64,000 nt of DNA, taken from Geosiphon pyriformis uo1. Taxonomy: Eukaryota > Fungi > Glomeromycota. The notes under the pieces are model-generated. The model was not told the DNA's origin, did no database searches, and saw only the letters and a program-made list of their open reading frames with translations. The stretch spans positions 880,923 through 944,922 of the forward strand of contig JAAOMT010000503.1 in the NCBI GenBank assembly GCA_016748015.1. Reading direction: 5' to 3'. Positions 26,588-40,092 of this stretch are shown here, piece by piece; position 1 is the first letter of the stretch, and each line of letters opens with the position of its first letter. The translations under genes were made by a program, and so were the position numbers.

Positions 26588-26589
26588 AA

Positions 26590-27443
26590 TATTACAGATA
26601 ATTATTTGGGGTTTCAAAACAAATAACAAATCTGTAACTTGGTACTGGATTGATATTTTGGTGTTGATATCTGAAGGTTTTGTTGATCTGAAAGTTTGTT
26701 GTGGAGTTTTTTGTATAATGGGCAGAGATTTAATAGTTGTTTTCAGTAGTCTCTTGGAATCACAATTTCATCAAATTTTTTTCTCAGTGTGGTGGCTGGT
26801 AATCTTCCTGGTAAATTATCCTCAAATCTATGAGTGTTCTACCCTTGTTTCACAGATTCTTTACCAGTCCCTATGATATTTCTATCTTAGCACTTAATCC
26901 TTAATCAATTAGTCAACCAAAAGAAAATACAAAAAAAAGAAATAAAAGAAAATAAAAGAAAATAAAGAAACAAATAAAAGCAATTGCAAGTTAGTATCCT
27001 ATTAATAGCCATAATCAAGAGCTATTGTTCCAGTGTTGTTAAGTATTAATTACTATCAACATTTCATGTTGATAGTAAAGAGTAAATTTGAGATAAAAAA
27101 TAATTATTTATTGATATTTGTGAATTGGAAGATTGCTTAGATAAAATCTAAACTGGGAGGTCTGTTTTTTCTACTTCTAATACTACTGCTATATATACAT
27201 AATTGAGATTCTTTAATTTCTCAATTCTTCACCCCAGGAATCCTGAAATTTCTGGAATCTTGTAATTCTTTTTAAGAGGAATCCTGGAATTCTGGAATCC
27301 TGCAATTTCTTGTACAAGAATTTTGAAATTCTTGGAATCCTACAATTCCTTTTGAGAGGAATTCTGGAATTTTATATTTATTATGGCTACTTCTAATTGG
27401 CTAATTTATATGCTAATATACTTCTTATATTTTATGAGTAACA
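26590..27443 (-). repeat. Family A 5' LTR
   Basis: Direct repeat of 16331-17182; on the plus strand it ends GAGTAACA, followed by the TSD GTAA. Confidence 0.95.
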
Positions 27444-28649
27444 GTAAATATAATTTAAAGATGTTTATAATGCCAATAAAACAGCATTATTTTTTAGAAT
27501 GCCACCAAATACAACTTTAACAACAAGATCTATTTCTGGCACCAAGGGTGATAAGAGTCAAATTATCATACTTCTTGTTTGTAATGCAACAAACAGCATC
27601 AAGTTGCAGTTTTTAATTATTAGCAAAGCTGCAAAGCCATGATGTTTTTGCAATATTAATATGAATGCACTTCCAATTACTTATTGTTACAATACAAAAG
27701 CATGAATATAAACCAATATTTTTAGTAAATGGCTTAATTTATTAAATGAAGAAATGCATTGTAAGAAAAAAAAGATTTTGCTATTGTTTGATAATGCTGG
27801 TCCTTATGGTAAAGAACTTTCTGTATTATTTAATATTATAATTAGATACCTACTATTCAATACAACATCTCATTTGCAACCATTAGATGCAAAAATTATT
27901 GTATTCTTTAAGACACAGTACTGAAAGTTGTTTCTTTTCTATCTTATTAATCAGTATGATAACAAGATTTTAATATTAACAGTAACATTAAAGGATGTGG
28001 TTGACTTTCTAATTGATGTGTGGTTAATGGTAACAACAACTACAATCCAAAATTGTTAGCATCATACAGAAATTCTAAATAATAGTCAAATGCCAGCCCA
28101 TTCATTAGATATTAAACAAAAACTTCTACAAGAAGTACAAGTTCTTATTGAGCATATTAATATTGACAAGCTATTGGCAATAGACTTCATTAATATTGAC
28201 AAGTTTGAATTATTATTTACTTATGCCTTAGAGAATGAAATTGTGAATCTTATTAACAACAAGTATAGTGGAAATTCTAATGCAAATGAAGATTTAGAAA
28301 GTGAAAATGAAGATGAACCTTTGCTTTTACTATCTATATATCAAGGTAAAATTGCACTTGAAGATACATTGTGCTATTGTGAAGAGCAGTATAGTGAAAA
28401 AGTTGATTTAGACTTTTTTAAAACTTTGAGAACATTAATTTGTAATACTGTTTTCAAAGTTCAAGAAGAGAAAAAACAGTTACAAATAAATAGCTTATTT
28501 AAATAAAATATATATAATTGGTTATTATATTATGCATGTGATATATAGATCATGTGATAAGATATTAATCATTTTTTATAGTCCCATCTCTCTATAGTCA
28601 TCACAAATGTGCTGACCAAAAGATGTAATTATAAAGAGAGTTCACTATA

Positions 28650-31110
28650 TAAACAATCTGACGACTTAGTCTCTTGTAGAAAGCAAATCATCATACTGTT
28701 AGCAGCAAGAACACCAAGCAAACTAACCCAACAATTAATAGTCCTTAAAATCAACTCACTTTTAGCACTAGTATCATGAATGCAAGAGAATGTATAATTG
28801 GAATTCTCAACCAACCCACATTAAATAAATAGCATACTTAGATAATTCAGATTATAAAGCCTCTTTTTCTTGGCTACAGGAAAGTAGTTGTGCATGGCTT
28901 TTATGAAGTAGGATCAAAGACATGCAGAAAAATAGCTGGTGAAGCCTAATCAAAATTGACTATCAAGATGTCATATACTAAACATACATTGCATATCAAT
29001 TTTATTGCATAGCATATCTTTTACAGCATAGGTTACATATTTGGCTTCCCAACTGACAAGGCTTACAGCATTAAAAAAATGTCTAACAAAATGGTGGGCA
29101 TTTCCAAAAACAGGCTTTCCTTTAATAGACAAAAAATGGCAAAACATTCCAACAGATAGCATGATGTTAGAACTGGTGGCAGAATTGGCCAATAAATTAG
29201 CATACTCATTGCCATAAACTCCAGAGTGGCCTTTGATTTTGTTCCAGGCTACTGATAAGTTCTTCAATGCAATGGTCTGCCAGATCTACTCTCTTTTAAT
29301 CTAACATTTATCACAAAAATCAGGACCAGTAAAATTTTTATAAGAGGTACAAGCATCCAAAAATGCCTAACTATCAGTAAAAAAAATAACTGAACTGGAA
29401 ACAAGAACACACTCTAAAGCAAGGGTAATAATATGTAGTTCAGTTAGAATTGATAAAAGCAAGCCATTTATCTCAACTCCCACACCATTATCAATATCAG
29501 GAAAATAAACAGCAGCACTACTGTAAGCACTTATAAAACCCAAACCCTTAACTAAGCCATCAGTATAAACTATCATACCACTTGAAGTGTTCTCAAGAAG
29601 ATGTTTATTGATAGAACTTAGACTAACTAGGCAACTACTAAGAGCTGAATCAGAAGCTAGGACATGACCATCAACCAAACCACCATTTTCAATAAATTTT
29701 ATTAACATACTAAACCAACCAGAAGTCAGACCTCTTGGATCCAGTCTTTTTTACCTGTGAAAATTACTTCACATGAAACACATGCCATAATAGTCCAAAA
29801 ACTGGTTTGCAAAAATGATGCCAAACTTTTTCAGTGAACCAACCACATTCATATACTGATCCAAACCCAAAACATTAGCAACAGTTATGTCACTACCAGC
29901 CCAAAAAACATTTAGCAAAACATTGTCCAAGGAGAGTCTACACAATGCCAGAGTGTTGGTTATGTCAGTTAAAAAAAAATTCACAGGATCTAATAACAAC
30001 ACAACTGGAAAACTAAAGAATTGCTAAGGCATCCAACTAATGGCCTGCAGATCTATCACTCTGTGTTCAAATAATCTGCCAAGAATGCCTTTCAAATTGG
30101 CAAACAGTACCAAATTAGCCAAAGAGTTTTTGGTTTGCAACTGCCTAAAAATTTTGAGACCATATAATTCAGGATGTGAAATGGCTTCATTGAGGAAATT
30201 TTTGGACAAGTTGGTCTTGAGCTTCAGACTCTTTCTTAGCAGCCTATTCTATTTTTCACAAATATTCACAAAAGCATAACTAAACTGCAATTTATATCCA
30301 ATGATAGGTTGTAAAACAGTAGACACCAAATAAAGAAACTGTTTATCAGAGATTGCTTTTCTCAGAACCAAGTTAACAAAAAATTTCACATCTGACTGGG
30401 CTTTAAAAGATCATTAATAGATAAAAAAATTTCTAAGTATCTATAAGTCTTGTCTCTTTTAGCAATTAAAATATCTGAACTACTAATTGTTAAATAAGGA
30501 ATCTCAACTCTGCAATTAATAAGTATAGCTACCATCTTTTTAGTGTTAATTGAAATATTATTGAGATAAAAAAATTTGCTAGCTATATTCAAAATATGCT
30601 GAGTAGCAGCCATGTTATTTTCAACCCAAATAGTATTATTTACAAATGCTCCTGCAGCCAAATATGATGTCAAACTATCTTTGTGATCCCACTTGCCAGT
30701 TCATGTAAAAAATTTTAAGTCTAGCCAGTATTTATACAAACTCTCATGTCTTTTAATCTCATACAGCAAAGAATCATAAAAAATTCTCCATAACAAAGTC
30801 GAGAATACTTCACCCTAATCCAGGCCATTGTGAACAATATATCCATCAGTGAGTTTAAAATCTGTTATTACTTGATTAACATGGTTATTATATATGCTTC
30901 CAAAAAACTCGATGAAACGGGAACACATTTTAATTCTGACCAAACTGTCTCTTAAGTGAGACCACCCAACTGAATCATAAGCTTTATGCATATTCTGAAG
31001 AACAAGCCACAGCTTATGATCCTTCTTTAATGCATCTTCAATAACAGAACCTACAGCAAAAATTGGGGTTTGAGTGGAAGTGCCCTTCAAAACTGAAAAA
31101 TTATCTCCAT
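28650..31110 (-). mobile_element. LINE copy 2, segment 2 (RT core, RNase H, Cys/His region)
   Basis: GDNFSVLKGTST, LQNMHKAYDSVGW, NGLD(Q)GEVFS, AGAFVNNT (FVDD decayed), VYTDGL, KIKGHSG.YGNE. Confidence 0.92.
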
Positions 31111-32143
31111 TGTTACTGAAGGTTTTTGGTCTCTTTTCTTGAATGTTGTAACTGTCTGTTGGTTGCAAATTCACGTTTTCTAGAAGTAGTTGAACCTCCA
31201 ATAACTGAATTTATTTTCAAATTATCTCCTGTAATTTGAACTGCTGGGCTTATAAGTGGAATGGCCAATTCCGTGCCAGTTACTTTATGTAGTTACGTTG
31301 TAGTAAACATCAACTCTTTCCCAGGAATTGCTCATCTGAAAGTTCACTAAAATGTGTAGTTACTTTGCTGTGAAAGTCAACTCTTCTACAGGAATCTCGT
31401 CTGTAGGCTACCTTAATAATTGTAATAAGAAAAGAAAAGAAAAATAAAAAAAATGTAAAAGAAATAGGATTTTATCAAGGAAAACGTTTTCTATTTAGGC
31501 CTGGAGTTACTAACAGATTACTGAAATTGGTAGCTAATCAATTTCAAAACGTTAGTTGTGTTGAGAAAACTTCAAGTGTAATAATTTGAGGATTTTGGTT
31601 TTTGAATATTTAATTTTTATTTGAATGTGTAAAAGATGATTTGTTTCAATTAAGATATCTAAAGTAAGATACTATGTTAAGATACTATGAGAAGATACAT
31701 TTTCTTGAAGAGAAAAGCTCTTCTTTTATACAACTTGTTGTAGTACTAGTCTATGAACTTGCACTTTTTCTCTTTGCTCAAATTTCGGCAAACTAAAGAT
31801 ACATTTTGATGAACTACAAGTTATTTCGCTGAACTATTGATTAATTTGGGTAAACTATTCATAATTTCGGCGAATTTCTATAAATTTCGGCGAATTTCTT
31901 ATAAATTTCGGCGAATTTCTGTAAATTTCAGCGAATTTTAGAATGTTACAAAGTTCAGGGTATTGTGTAATTTAATCATTCTACTTTCTGTTATACTAAT
32001 TGGATTATTTTAATTGAATCGTGATATGTGATAATTGATTAAATAATAAATGATAATTTGAAATGATATTAATATACTAATGAATTATAGGAATTATAAG
32101 GGTAATTTCATGCTAATCAATAGCTAAAATTCTACTGGTAACA
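31111..32143 (-). repeat. Family B 3' LTR
   Basis: Near-identical to 40093-41105; 4 copies of an ~20-bp AATTTCGGCGAATTT unit at ~31861-31940. Confidence 0.95.
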
Positions 32144-32154
32144 TAATCTCCTCT

Positions 32155-32830
32155 TCAAAACTGAGCTCCATCAAAGTCCAAGCACTATCTGTAATATTGA
32201 GATAGTAATCTAAAATAATTGAAGTAATCTGGTCTGAAAATTGTTGAAATTTCAGTTCTGTAAGTTTGTCAATGTATTGGACTTTCATTGGTTGCAGTAT
32301 TGGATTTTGTAGAACATTTTCACAAGTATTAAACAAATCATAGAGTTTAAAAGCTGCTCTAAGTTTGTAGTGAGTGTTTGTTGGTCCAGCTGCTGTTTTG
32401 AATTCATTGTGGATTTGCTTTTATATAACTTTAGGAGTGAGATTTGTTGCTTCAAGTTCCAGTTTTTATTTATAAAGTGTCTTTCCAATGTGAAAGTATT
32501 TATAGATAGGGGTGTGTTTATTTTTCTGTTTATTGAGAAGTAATAGAAGTTTTTGTTGTATTGTAGCATTTGGTGAAATGTCAATAGAGGCAATTAAAAG
32601 ATTTTCTTCCAGTGTTTGCTTCAAAAGTCTTGATAACCTATTTTCAGAGTGACTTCTTGTTTTTCTTCTATAGAGGTGATAGTTCTGTGAATAATTTGCT
32701 ACTGGAGCTGTGGTTTCTTTCTGAATGTAATTAATTTGACTTTCATTAATCGTTATAGATAAGTCAGGAAGTGTTTTCAAGATTAACATTAACTTTTGGG
32801 ATATTTGTTGAATATTTCAGGGAATAATTA
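32155..32830 (-). pseudogene. Accessory ORF3 of Gypsy B (unknown function)
   Basis: Between the integrase stop (32976) and the PPT; homologous to family A ORF3; frameshifted. Confidence 0.7.
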
Positions 32831-32975
32831 TGATAAAATTGACTAATTATGAAAAGAGAGAATAAAGAAAATTATTTTTGGATATGGGGTTTTTATTTGT
32901 TTTTGGGTTTGGGTGTTTTTGTAATTTATTTACTATTTTTGTCTTTGTGTTTTTATTAGAGAATTATTGTAAAAT

Positions 32976-35900
32976 TTAAGTGTTCAAGTTTGGTTGTTGT
33001 TCTATTATAATTATTGGTTCTAAATTTTGGGAAATATTTTCAGGATTAATTAAAGGGGAATGTGTACCAATTTGTGAAATTAATGGTTCAGAATTGTTTC
33101 TGGAATGATAGTGTTTTAATCTGTTTCCATGTGCAACTTTTGCTAGTATTTTGTCATCAAGTCTTAACTTGTATGATTTATTGCCTAGAATTTCGTGAAT
33201 ATAAAATAGTCCATCTCATTTGTTTTCAAATTTCTCACTCCATTGTTTTTTAGCCTTAGTTCTGTGTAAGAGAACTTTATTTTCAACTTTAAATTTGTTG
33301 GTAATAGGTGGTAATTTGTTGTCATGTCTTTCTTTTTGTTGAGCTTAGGAATGTTCAATATGAGTTGCTGCTATTCTTCTTTTTCCTTCCAGTGTACTAA
33401 GAAGAGTGTAGATCTTTTTTTGAAGTGTTTCTTGAAAGTTTTCTTCATTAATTGGTTGCACTGGATATGTTTCCACTGTAAAATTAATTGATAATGTTGC
33501 TGTTCTTCCATAAATAAGATCAAATGGTATGTGTTTCATAGTATCTTGTTTTAATGTTCTGTATGCTAGTAACACTGATGGAATAAAGATATCTCATTTC
33601 TGCTCAAAGTCTGTTGAGACTTTGGCTAAAGATTTACACAATGTTCTGTTGAAACATTCTACAAGTCCATTTGTTTGAGAGTAATAAGGTGATAATAGAG
33701 GTCTTTTGACATTAAACCATTTACAAATTTTTTGTATCAAGTTGTTCACAAAATGTGTTCCTTGATCAGATAAAAGTTCCAATTGGGCATCTATGTCTAC
33801 AAATAATGTCTTCATAAATGAAATTTGCTACTGATTTTGCATCTGCTCTTTGGATGGCTCTAGCTTCAGGCCATTTGGTAAGATAATCTACTGCTACTGC
33901 AATATAGCAATTTCCTTGGGTTGTGATAGGTAATGGTTTGACTAAATCAATTCCAACTCTGTCAAAAGGTTGTCCAACTTTGATTGGATTTAAAGGTTCT
34001 GTGAGACGAGTTCCTCCTTTTCTTTGACAACTATCATAAGATTCTATATATTGTCAAATGTTCTTTGCATGTAAGGCCAAAAATAATGTTTAAAGGTTCT
34101 TTGAATGGTTCTATCTCTTCCCAAGTGTGCTAAAAACGGATCTGTGTGCATGTTGTATAAAATTGTTTCTTTTTTATTCTCTTGTATTAATCTAAGTGGT
34201 TGGTTTGGGTTTCTGTGATTTTTATAAAAGATTTTGTTCTGGTATATGAAATATTGTTTTGATTGGTGTTGTAAATAATGTTTTTTACTTGGAGACCAGT
34301 TTTCTGGCATGGTAAGAGTCTCCAAATAATTTTTAAGATTGCTGTAATTTCTGGGATTCATTCTTGTTTGGTTATTTTTGTTTGGTAAGTTGGTAAGTTG
34401 TGGTAGAATTGTTGTTGGTATTAATCTTGTCTCATTCTTGAGAGGCTATCAACATTGGTATGTAGTTTTTTTGGTTTGTGGTGTACAATATATCTGTAGT
34501 CTGCTAGAAAGTCATTCTATTGAGACTGTTTGGCACTTTGTTTAGTTTTCTTTTTATTGAGCCATTTAAGGCCAATGTTGTCCATTATTATGTCAAATTC
34601 TTTTCCATTCTTCAGATATTGTTGAAAATGTTTAAGAACCCAAATGACTGTGGCAGCTTCTAATTTAGTTGAGCCGTATTTTAGTTCTGTTGGTTTGAGT
34701 GTTCTACTAGCATAAGCAATGACTTGTTCTTGCTTATTTTCATCTACTTGTAATAAGATGACACCAAATGCTATGTGTGAAGCATCAGTGGCTAATTGGA
34801 ACTGTTTGTTGAAGTCTGGATAAGCAAGAACTGGGGCTGTTGTCAATTTTGTTTTGAGAGTCTCAAAAGCTTTTTGTTCTTCAGTCTATTTGTATGGCAC
34901 GTTTTTGTTGATAAAATAATTGAGTGGTTTGGCAATTTCTGAGAATCCTTTTATGAATTTTCAATAGTAAGAGACTAATCTTACAAATCTTCTTAGTTCT
35001 GTGATATTTCTGGAGGTTTGAAAGTTTTTGATAACACTAATTGTTTCTGAATTTGGTTTGACTCCATCTTTACTAACTATGTGTCCAAGAAAGATCAAGC
35101 TTGTTTTTCCAAAATGACATTTCTCAATGTTTAACTTTAATCCTGCTTTCTGTAATTGTTGAAAAACTTCTCACAGGTAAATGAGGTGGGCTTCAAAGCT
35201 TGATAAGTATACATCAGTATCATTAAGATAGACAACTACTAATTGCCACAAGAGCCCTTCATAGACAACATCCATGAGTCACTGAAATGTTGCTGGTATA
35301 TTGCAGAGTCCAAAAGGCATAATATTGAACTCATAGTTTCTTTCTTGAATGGTGAATGCTGTTTTGGGTCTATCTTTTGGGTCCATTTTGACTTGCCAGT
35401 ATCCACTTTTTAGGTCTAAAGTTGAGAAGAACTTGGCTTTTCCTAGAGCATTTAGCATGTTATCATTTCTTAAAAGAAGGTAGACATTTCCAATTGTAAC
35501 ATTATTTAGTTGTCTATAATCAACACAGAATCTGATTTTTCCGTTTTTCTTTTTAACTAAAACTACTGGTAAGGCCCAAGGACTTTTTGATAGTTGAATC
35601 AATCCATTATTGAGCATTCTTTAAACCTCTTCTCTGATGAATTGGTGGCTGGCAGGTGGCACTTGATAAACTTGTTGTCATTTTGGTGGAGCATCTCCTG
35701 TATGGATCTGATGTTGAACAATATCTGTTTTTCCCAAGTCATTGTTGTCTTTTGCAAATATATCTGCAAATTTAGCTATCAATTGTTTCAATTGTTTTTG
35801 TTGTTGAGGTTTTAAGAGACCCATGTTGATTTGTGAGAGTTTTTCTTTTAAAAAGTAGTAGTTTTCAGTAGTGGAAATGATATTTGGATTTGGGAGTAGA

Positions 35901-38900
35901 GTGTGCCTTACAATTTCGATGAAATTAGAGACAATTTGAGAATTTTCATCTTGAAAAATATTGCTGTGTATGATTCCAATCTCTAGTTTGTTTAATAAGA
36001 CAATAGGATAATTATTGGGGTTGTAAAATGTAACTTGAAATTTTTTCATTTTTTTGGGAATATAAATATTTGGAATTGAGATTTCATGCTTCAAACAGAT
36101 TTGTTCATTGAATTCAAAGATTTGTTGTGTAGTGGTGGGTTTTGAACAAGTGTAAATTTCGTAATGTTCTTCAAAAGGTGAAATGGTAATTGGCTGGGGA
36201 AGTTGAAGAATCTGGTGAGATTTATTTTGTGTATTAAGAGCTATATTTACTGGTATTGTAAATTGTCCAATTGAACCAAAACCTTAAGTTTCTCTTTCAC
36301 TTTTTCCCAATTGTTCTCTGTTGTTTATTGATTGTAAACCCGAAATGTTGATTAAAGGTAAGTAAATTGCTTGAGCAATTTTTTCAACATGTTCAATTTT
36401 GAATGGTTTGTCTGTCTCATTCTGTAACATGATAGTAATGTCTCTAGTATATCCTACATCTATAACTCTTCCTCTAATATTGATTTCTTTGCTTGCCAAT
36501 GATGATCTAGAGACAATTTGAACCATTGCTCCTGGTGGTATTTCAAGAGCAATTTTGAGATTGATTTTTGTCAAGAACTTTGGTTGGAGAACCAAAGTAT
36601 CTTTTCCTGGGTATCTTAGATCATATCTAGCATCAATTTCGTGTGCTTTTTCTGGTCTGATTCTTTGGCCATGGTTGTCAAAATATTTAAGTTGTAGAGG
36701 TGGTTGCTTTTCAAGAAGATAGATGGGAGTGGTTGGTAGTTCTTCTACTAGTTCAGATACTCCAAATTCGATTTTATTTTCATCATTTTCATTTAACAGA
36801 GGAATGCTAAGAGCATAACATTCTAAATACCATTGGTCATCACAAGACATAACACATTCTTCACACAATTGAATGTTTATTTGCTCTAATTGTTGAATTT
36901 GAGCTTCTTTGGTCAGATATGTGTGGCTTGCCATTTGATAGTAGGTTTCTACTTCATCTTCATAATCAAATCCAGCTAATTCCATGGTATACTCAATGTA
37001 TTTAGCTTCTTTTATTTGGCGGACATTTTCTTGGGTGGCTTTATTGATCAATGCTATTGCTAGATCAAAAATCATTTTAGCATCATGAGGGTAGTGGTAA
37101 AGTTTATTGAGAGCACTGTTGTATGCTCTATTAAATGGTGTTCTTTTTCTGACTTTTTCCGAAATTGATAAAGCATATTGACAGGTCTGATCACATACTC
37201 CTCCTTTCATTGCTACATCAATCCAATTGCATTCTTCTGGTAGCATTTCTCCACAAGTAAGGCAAGAAGTTTTGTCCCATTTTCCACTTCTTTTTGGGGA
37301 TCCAAATTGTTCTCTATGGCATGCCTTGCAAAAGTAACAAGTGCAAGTTTCATATATTCCTTTTCTGGAGAAATACAGGCTCTCATAGATAAAAGCTTCT
37401 TTTTGCAATCTTTGCATTTTAATAGAATATATGATGGTTCTTTTTATGGTTCTGGTGTGGAATATCTAACTTTCTTCCATCTTCTTAATTCTTCAAAAAT
37501 CTTTTGTTCTGTTTTCTCAGCCCAATTGAATAGTAATCCAAGAGCCATGTAGGTTTTAGTGAGTGGTATTTCCTTCTCTTCTTCAAATTCAAATACTGGA
37601 GCTTTTTCTGATTGTTTGTTAAAAGTACCACAGGTTGCAGGTACTATGGTATATTGTGCTTGGTATAAAATTTTAAGTTCTTGAGTTTCCCAGTTCAGGT
37701 TTGCATTGGCCTTGAGAAGCCAATCATTTCTGACTAGAGCTTGATATTGAGGTGCATCCATAACAAGAACTTTAACTGGAATGGTGATTTTATCAATTGT
37801 AAAGAGGAAATCATCAATTTCTCTTACTGGAGTCTTTTTCATACCATCAGCTGTGACAATAACTGTTTGAGCTGGTCTGTCTACATTTTGTTTGAGTTGT
37901 TACATCAGCTGGTAAGTGATGATATTTCCAACTGATCTACTATCTAAGATTAAGCGAATGGGTTTTCTTTCCACTGTAGCTTCTGTGTACATAGCAGTAA
38001 TTGCTTTCTGTTTATTGACTGCTGCATTACTAAGCAGAAATGGTGATTCATTTGCTTCAAATTCAAATAGAAATATATCTGACAGATTGGCATTTTGGGC
38101 AATTTGAGCTGGTGGAATAGTGTGGTTGGAAGAGTTTGATCTTGGTGCTGCAATTTCATCTTCAGAAAGTACAGTTTGTTGAAAATACGATTTCTCTGGT
38201 ATTGTAAGATAACTGGGTTGAGTGTAATAGTAATTGGGTTTTTGCTGACCAGAATTTCGGGGAACCAACTGGTTATTTGGATTGATTCTGTTGTTGTTGT
38301 TACTCTGCAATTGATTTTGGGGTGTGAATTAGTTATGTTGAACCAATCTTCTTGTTGGTACTTGATATTGTTAAGTGGGTGGTGTCTGATATGGCTGAAT
38401 AGGTAAAGATTGCTGATATTGTTGCTGTATTAGTTGTGGAGCTGATGGATAGTAACTGTTTTAATTTTGTGGTTTTGGTGAATAATAGGTTGGTGGTGGA
38501 GATTGGTAATAAGATTGTTGTGATAAAGAGTAATGTTAATTACTCCTGTTTTGTTGATCTCTTTGTAATTTTCTACAATCTTGTTTTCAGTGTCCTAGAA
38601 TTCCACAATAATGACAATTTTGAGGCTGGTTGTTGGATGGTGATCCAAAATTGTTTTGATTGCATTATTGTAGGGATTGATATCTTTGTGGTTATTGTTG
38701 CTGTTGTTGTTGGTTTGTGAAGTAGCTTTCAATCTTTTTTGTGAGTTGGTCTATCTTCTCTTCAGCTGCTGAGCTGGTTTCTCCAATTGCAAGATTTACA
38801 AGCTTGGTGTGATTTGCTTTTTCCATTGCCATTTCATAGCTCTTTGCATGTCTAATAGCAGTTGCTAAGTCTGCTGAAGTATGTGGATGGACTTTCTTAA

Positions 38901-40070
38901 TCAGTTTGTCTTTTAACTTTGCTATAAACTGATCCAAAATTTGAGCATCAGAATAGTAGTCATTGGTTTCCAATTGTCGGATTCATCTGAGAAGTTTGTT
39001 AAATCTTCCAAGATAGGTCATAACAGTTTCAGATGTTTCTTGTTTGATATTGCAAAAGCAGTTTCTGAGAGTGATAGAGATATTATTGTCGGTAAATTGT
39101 TGTAGAAAAGCATCTTTGAATGCTTGCCAGTTTTCAAATGGTTCTTCTAAGTTTTCAAACCATTTTTCTGCAGTTCTTTGGAGAAAATATGGGATCGCTT
39201 TGAGCATTCTTGCTGCAATCCAACCATTTGCATCTCCTGCTTTTTGAACTTTGTCAAGCCATTCTTGAGAACTGGTATTATTATCTTTACCAGTAAATTC
39301 TGGAATTTTTGCAATGTAAGCAGTTGCTATTTCTTCTTCATTTTTTGTAGTTTCTTCTTGTTCTGATTCAGTTTCTTCACTTTCCAGACTCTCTGAATAA
39401 TTACTTTCATTTTCTTGTAAGTAATCAATGATATTGGCATTTGTTAATATTGGTTCCTGCTGTTAAGTGGGATTTCTAGGTGGTTGATAATCTTCTGGTC
39501 TGGAGAAATGTTTAAGTAGTAAACTTGGTGTTTGTGATTGAACAAGTGAAATTGGAAATGGTGTAATAGAAAGTGGTAATTTGACACTGGTTCTTTGTTC
39601 AGGTGTTTGCAAGTGTTTGGCAGTTGTTTTTGGTAGTATTGGAGTATTTGGGGTGGTTCTTGAGTATTGCTTCAGTTTTTGTTTGTCTTTGTTGCTTGTT
39701 TCTGTCTCTGATTCAAAGTCAATAGAGTATTGAGACTGTACTGGATATTTTTCTTTACAATACTCAATAATGTTAAAATTAAGTTCTTGGAAGTAGACAA
39801 CAAGTGTTTCACTGTTCAAGTTTTCTGTTCTCAATTGTGAATAGTGCACTAAATTATTGTAAAAGTTGCTTTTGACTTCTGAAATGTTGTAGTTTCCAAA
39901 AAGATAATTGTTGATGCAGTTTTCAATGTATTGGTATACTGATTTCTTGACAACTTCAATTCCGTCTGGAATGTTGAATCTTTGCTTGCAGTGGATGTAA
40001 ATTGACTGGTAATACTCTAGAGTTGCTGTGTCTGGTGTGGTTGCTACTTTGAATTTGTTGTTGCTGTGTT
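32976..40070 (-). pseudogene. Gypsy B gag-pol remnant: gag with CCHC knuckle, protease, Cys-rich domain, dUTPase, RT, RNase H, integrase
   Basis: AKIPEFTG; CHYCGILGH*KQDC; LILDSRS; DARYDL..RSSL..VIDVGY..KIAQ..ERET*GFGS; RFCVDYRQLN, LDLKSGYWQ, MPFGLCN; LATDAS; ELLSDQGTHF, QTNGLVE. Confidence 0.93.
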
Positions 40071-40092
40071 ATTTCTGTGGAAGAGCACCAAA

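Larger units (their letters stand above)
16331..27443 (-). mobile_element. Full-length Ty3/Gypsy LTR retrotransposon, family A (decayed)
   Basis: Paired ~850-bp LTRs at 16331-17182 and 26590-27443, with a 4-bp TSD GTAA. PBS at 26571-26587, PPT at 17183-17197. Domain order gag-PR-RT-RH-IN. Confidence 0.95.
15831..28506 (+). pseudogene. pogo/Tigger transposase (CENP-B HTH + DDE_1), split by Gypsy A at 16331-27443
   Basis: LTGKILQMKALKFA..FKASNSWLEKFKK..MHGKANSA before the insertion. DVYNANKTALFF (NADETGLF), LLVCNA, LLLFDNA, NTTSHLQPLDA after it. Stops and frameshifts are present. Confidence 0.9.
13264..28647 (+). mobile_element. pogo/Tigger-type (Tc1/mariner superfamily) DNA transposon carrying nested insertions
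   Basis: TA target duplications at 13262-63 and 28648-49. TIRs are CAGTAAATTCTCT and AGAGAGTTCACTA. Subterminal TCTC(C/T)(C/T)TATAGTCA-type repeats occur at both ends. A CENP-B/DDE transposase remnant lies inside. Confidence 0.88.
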
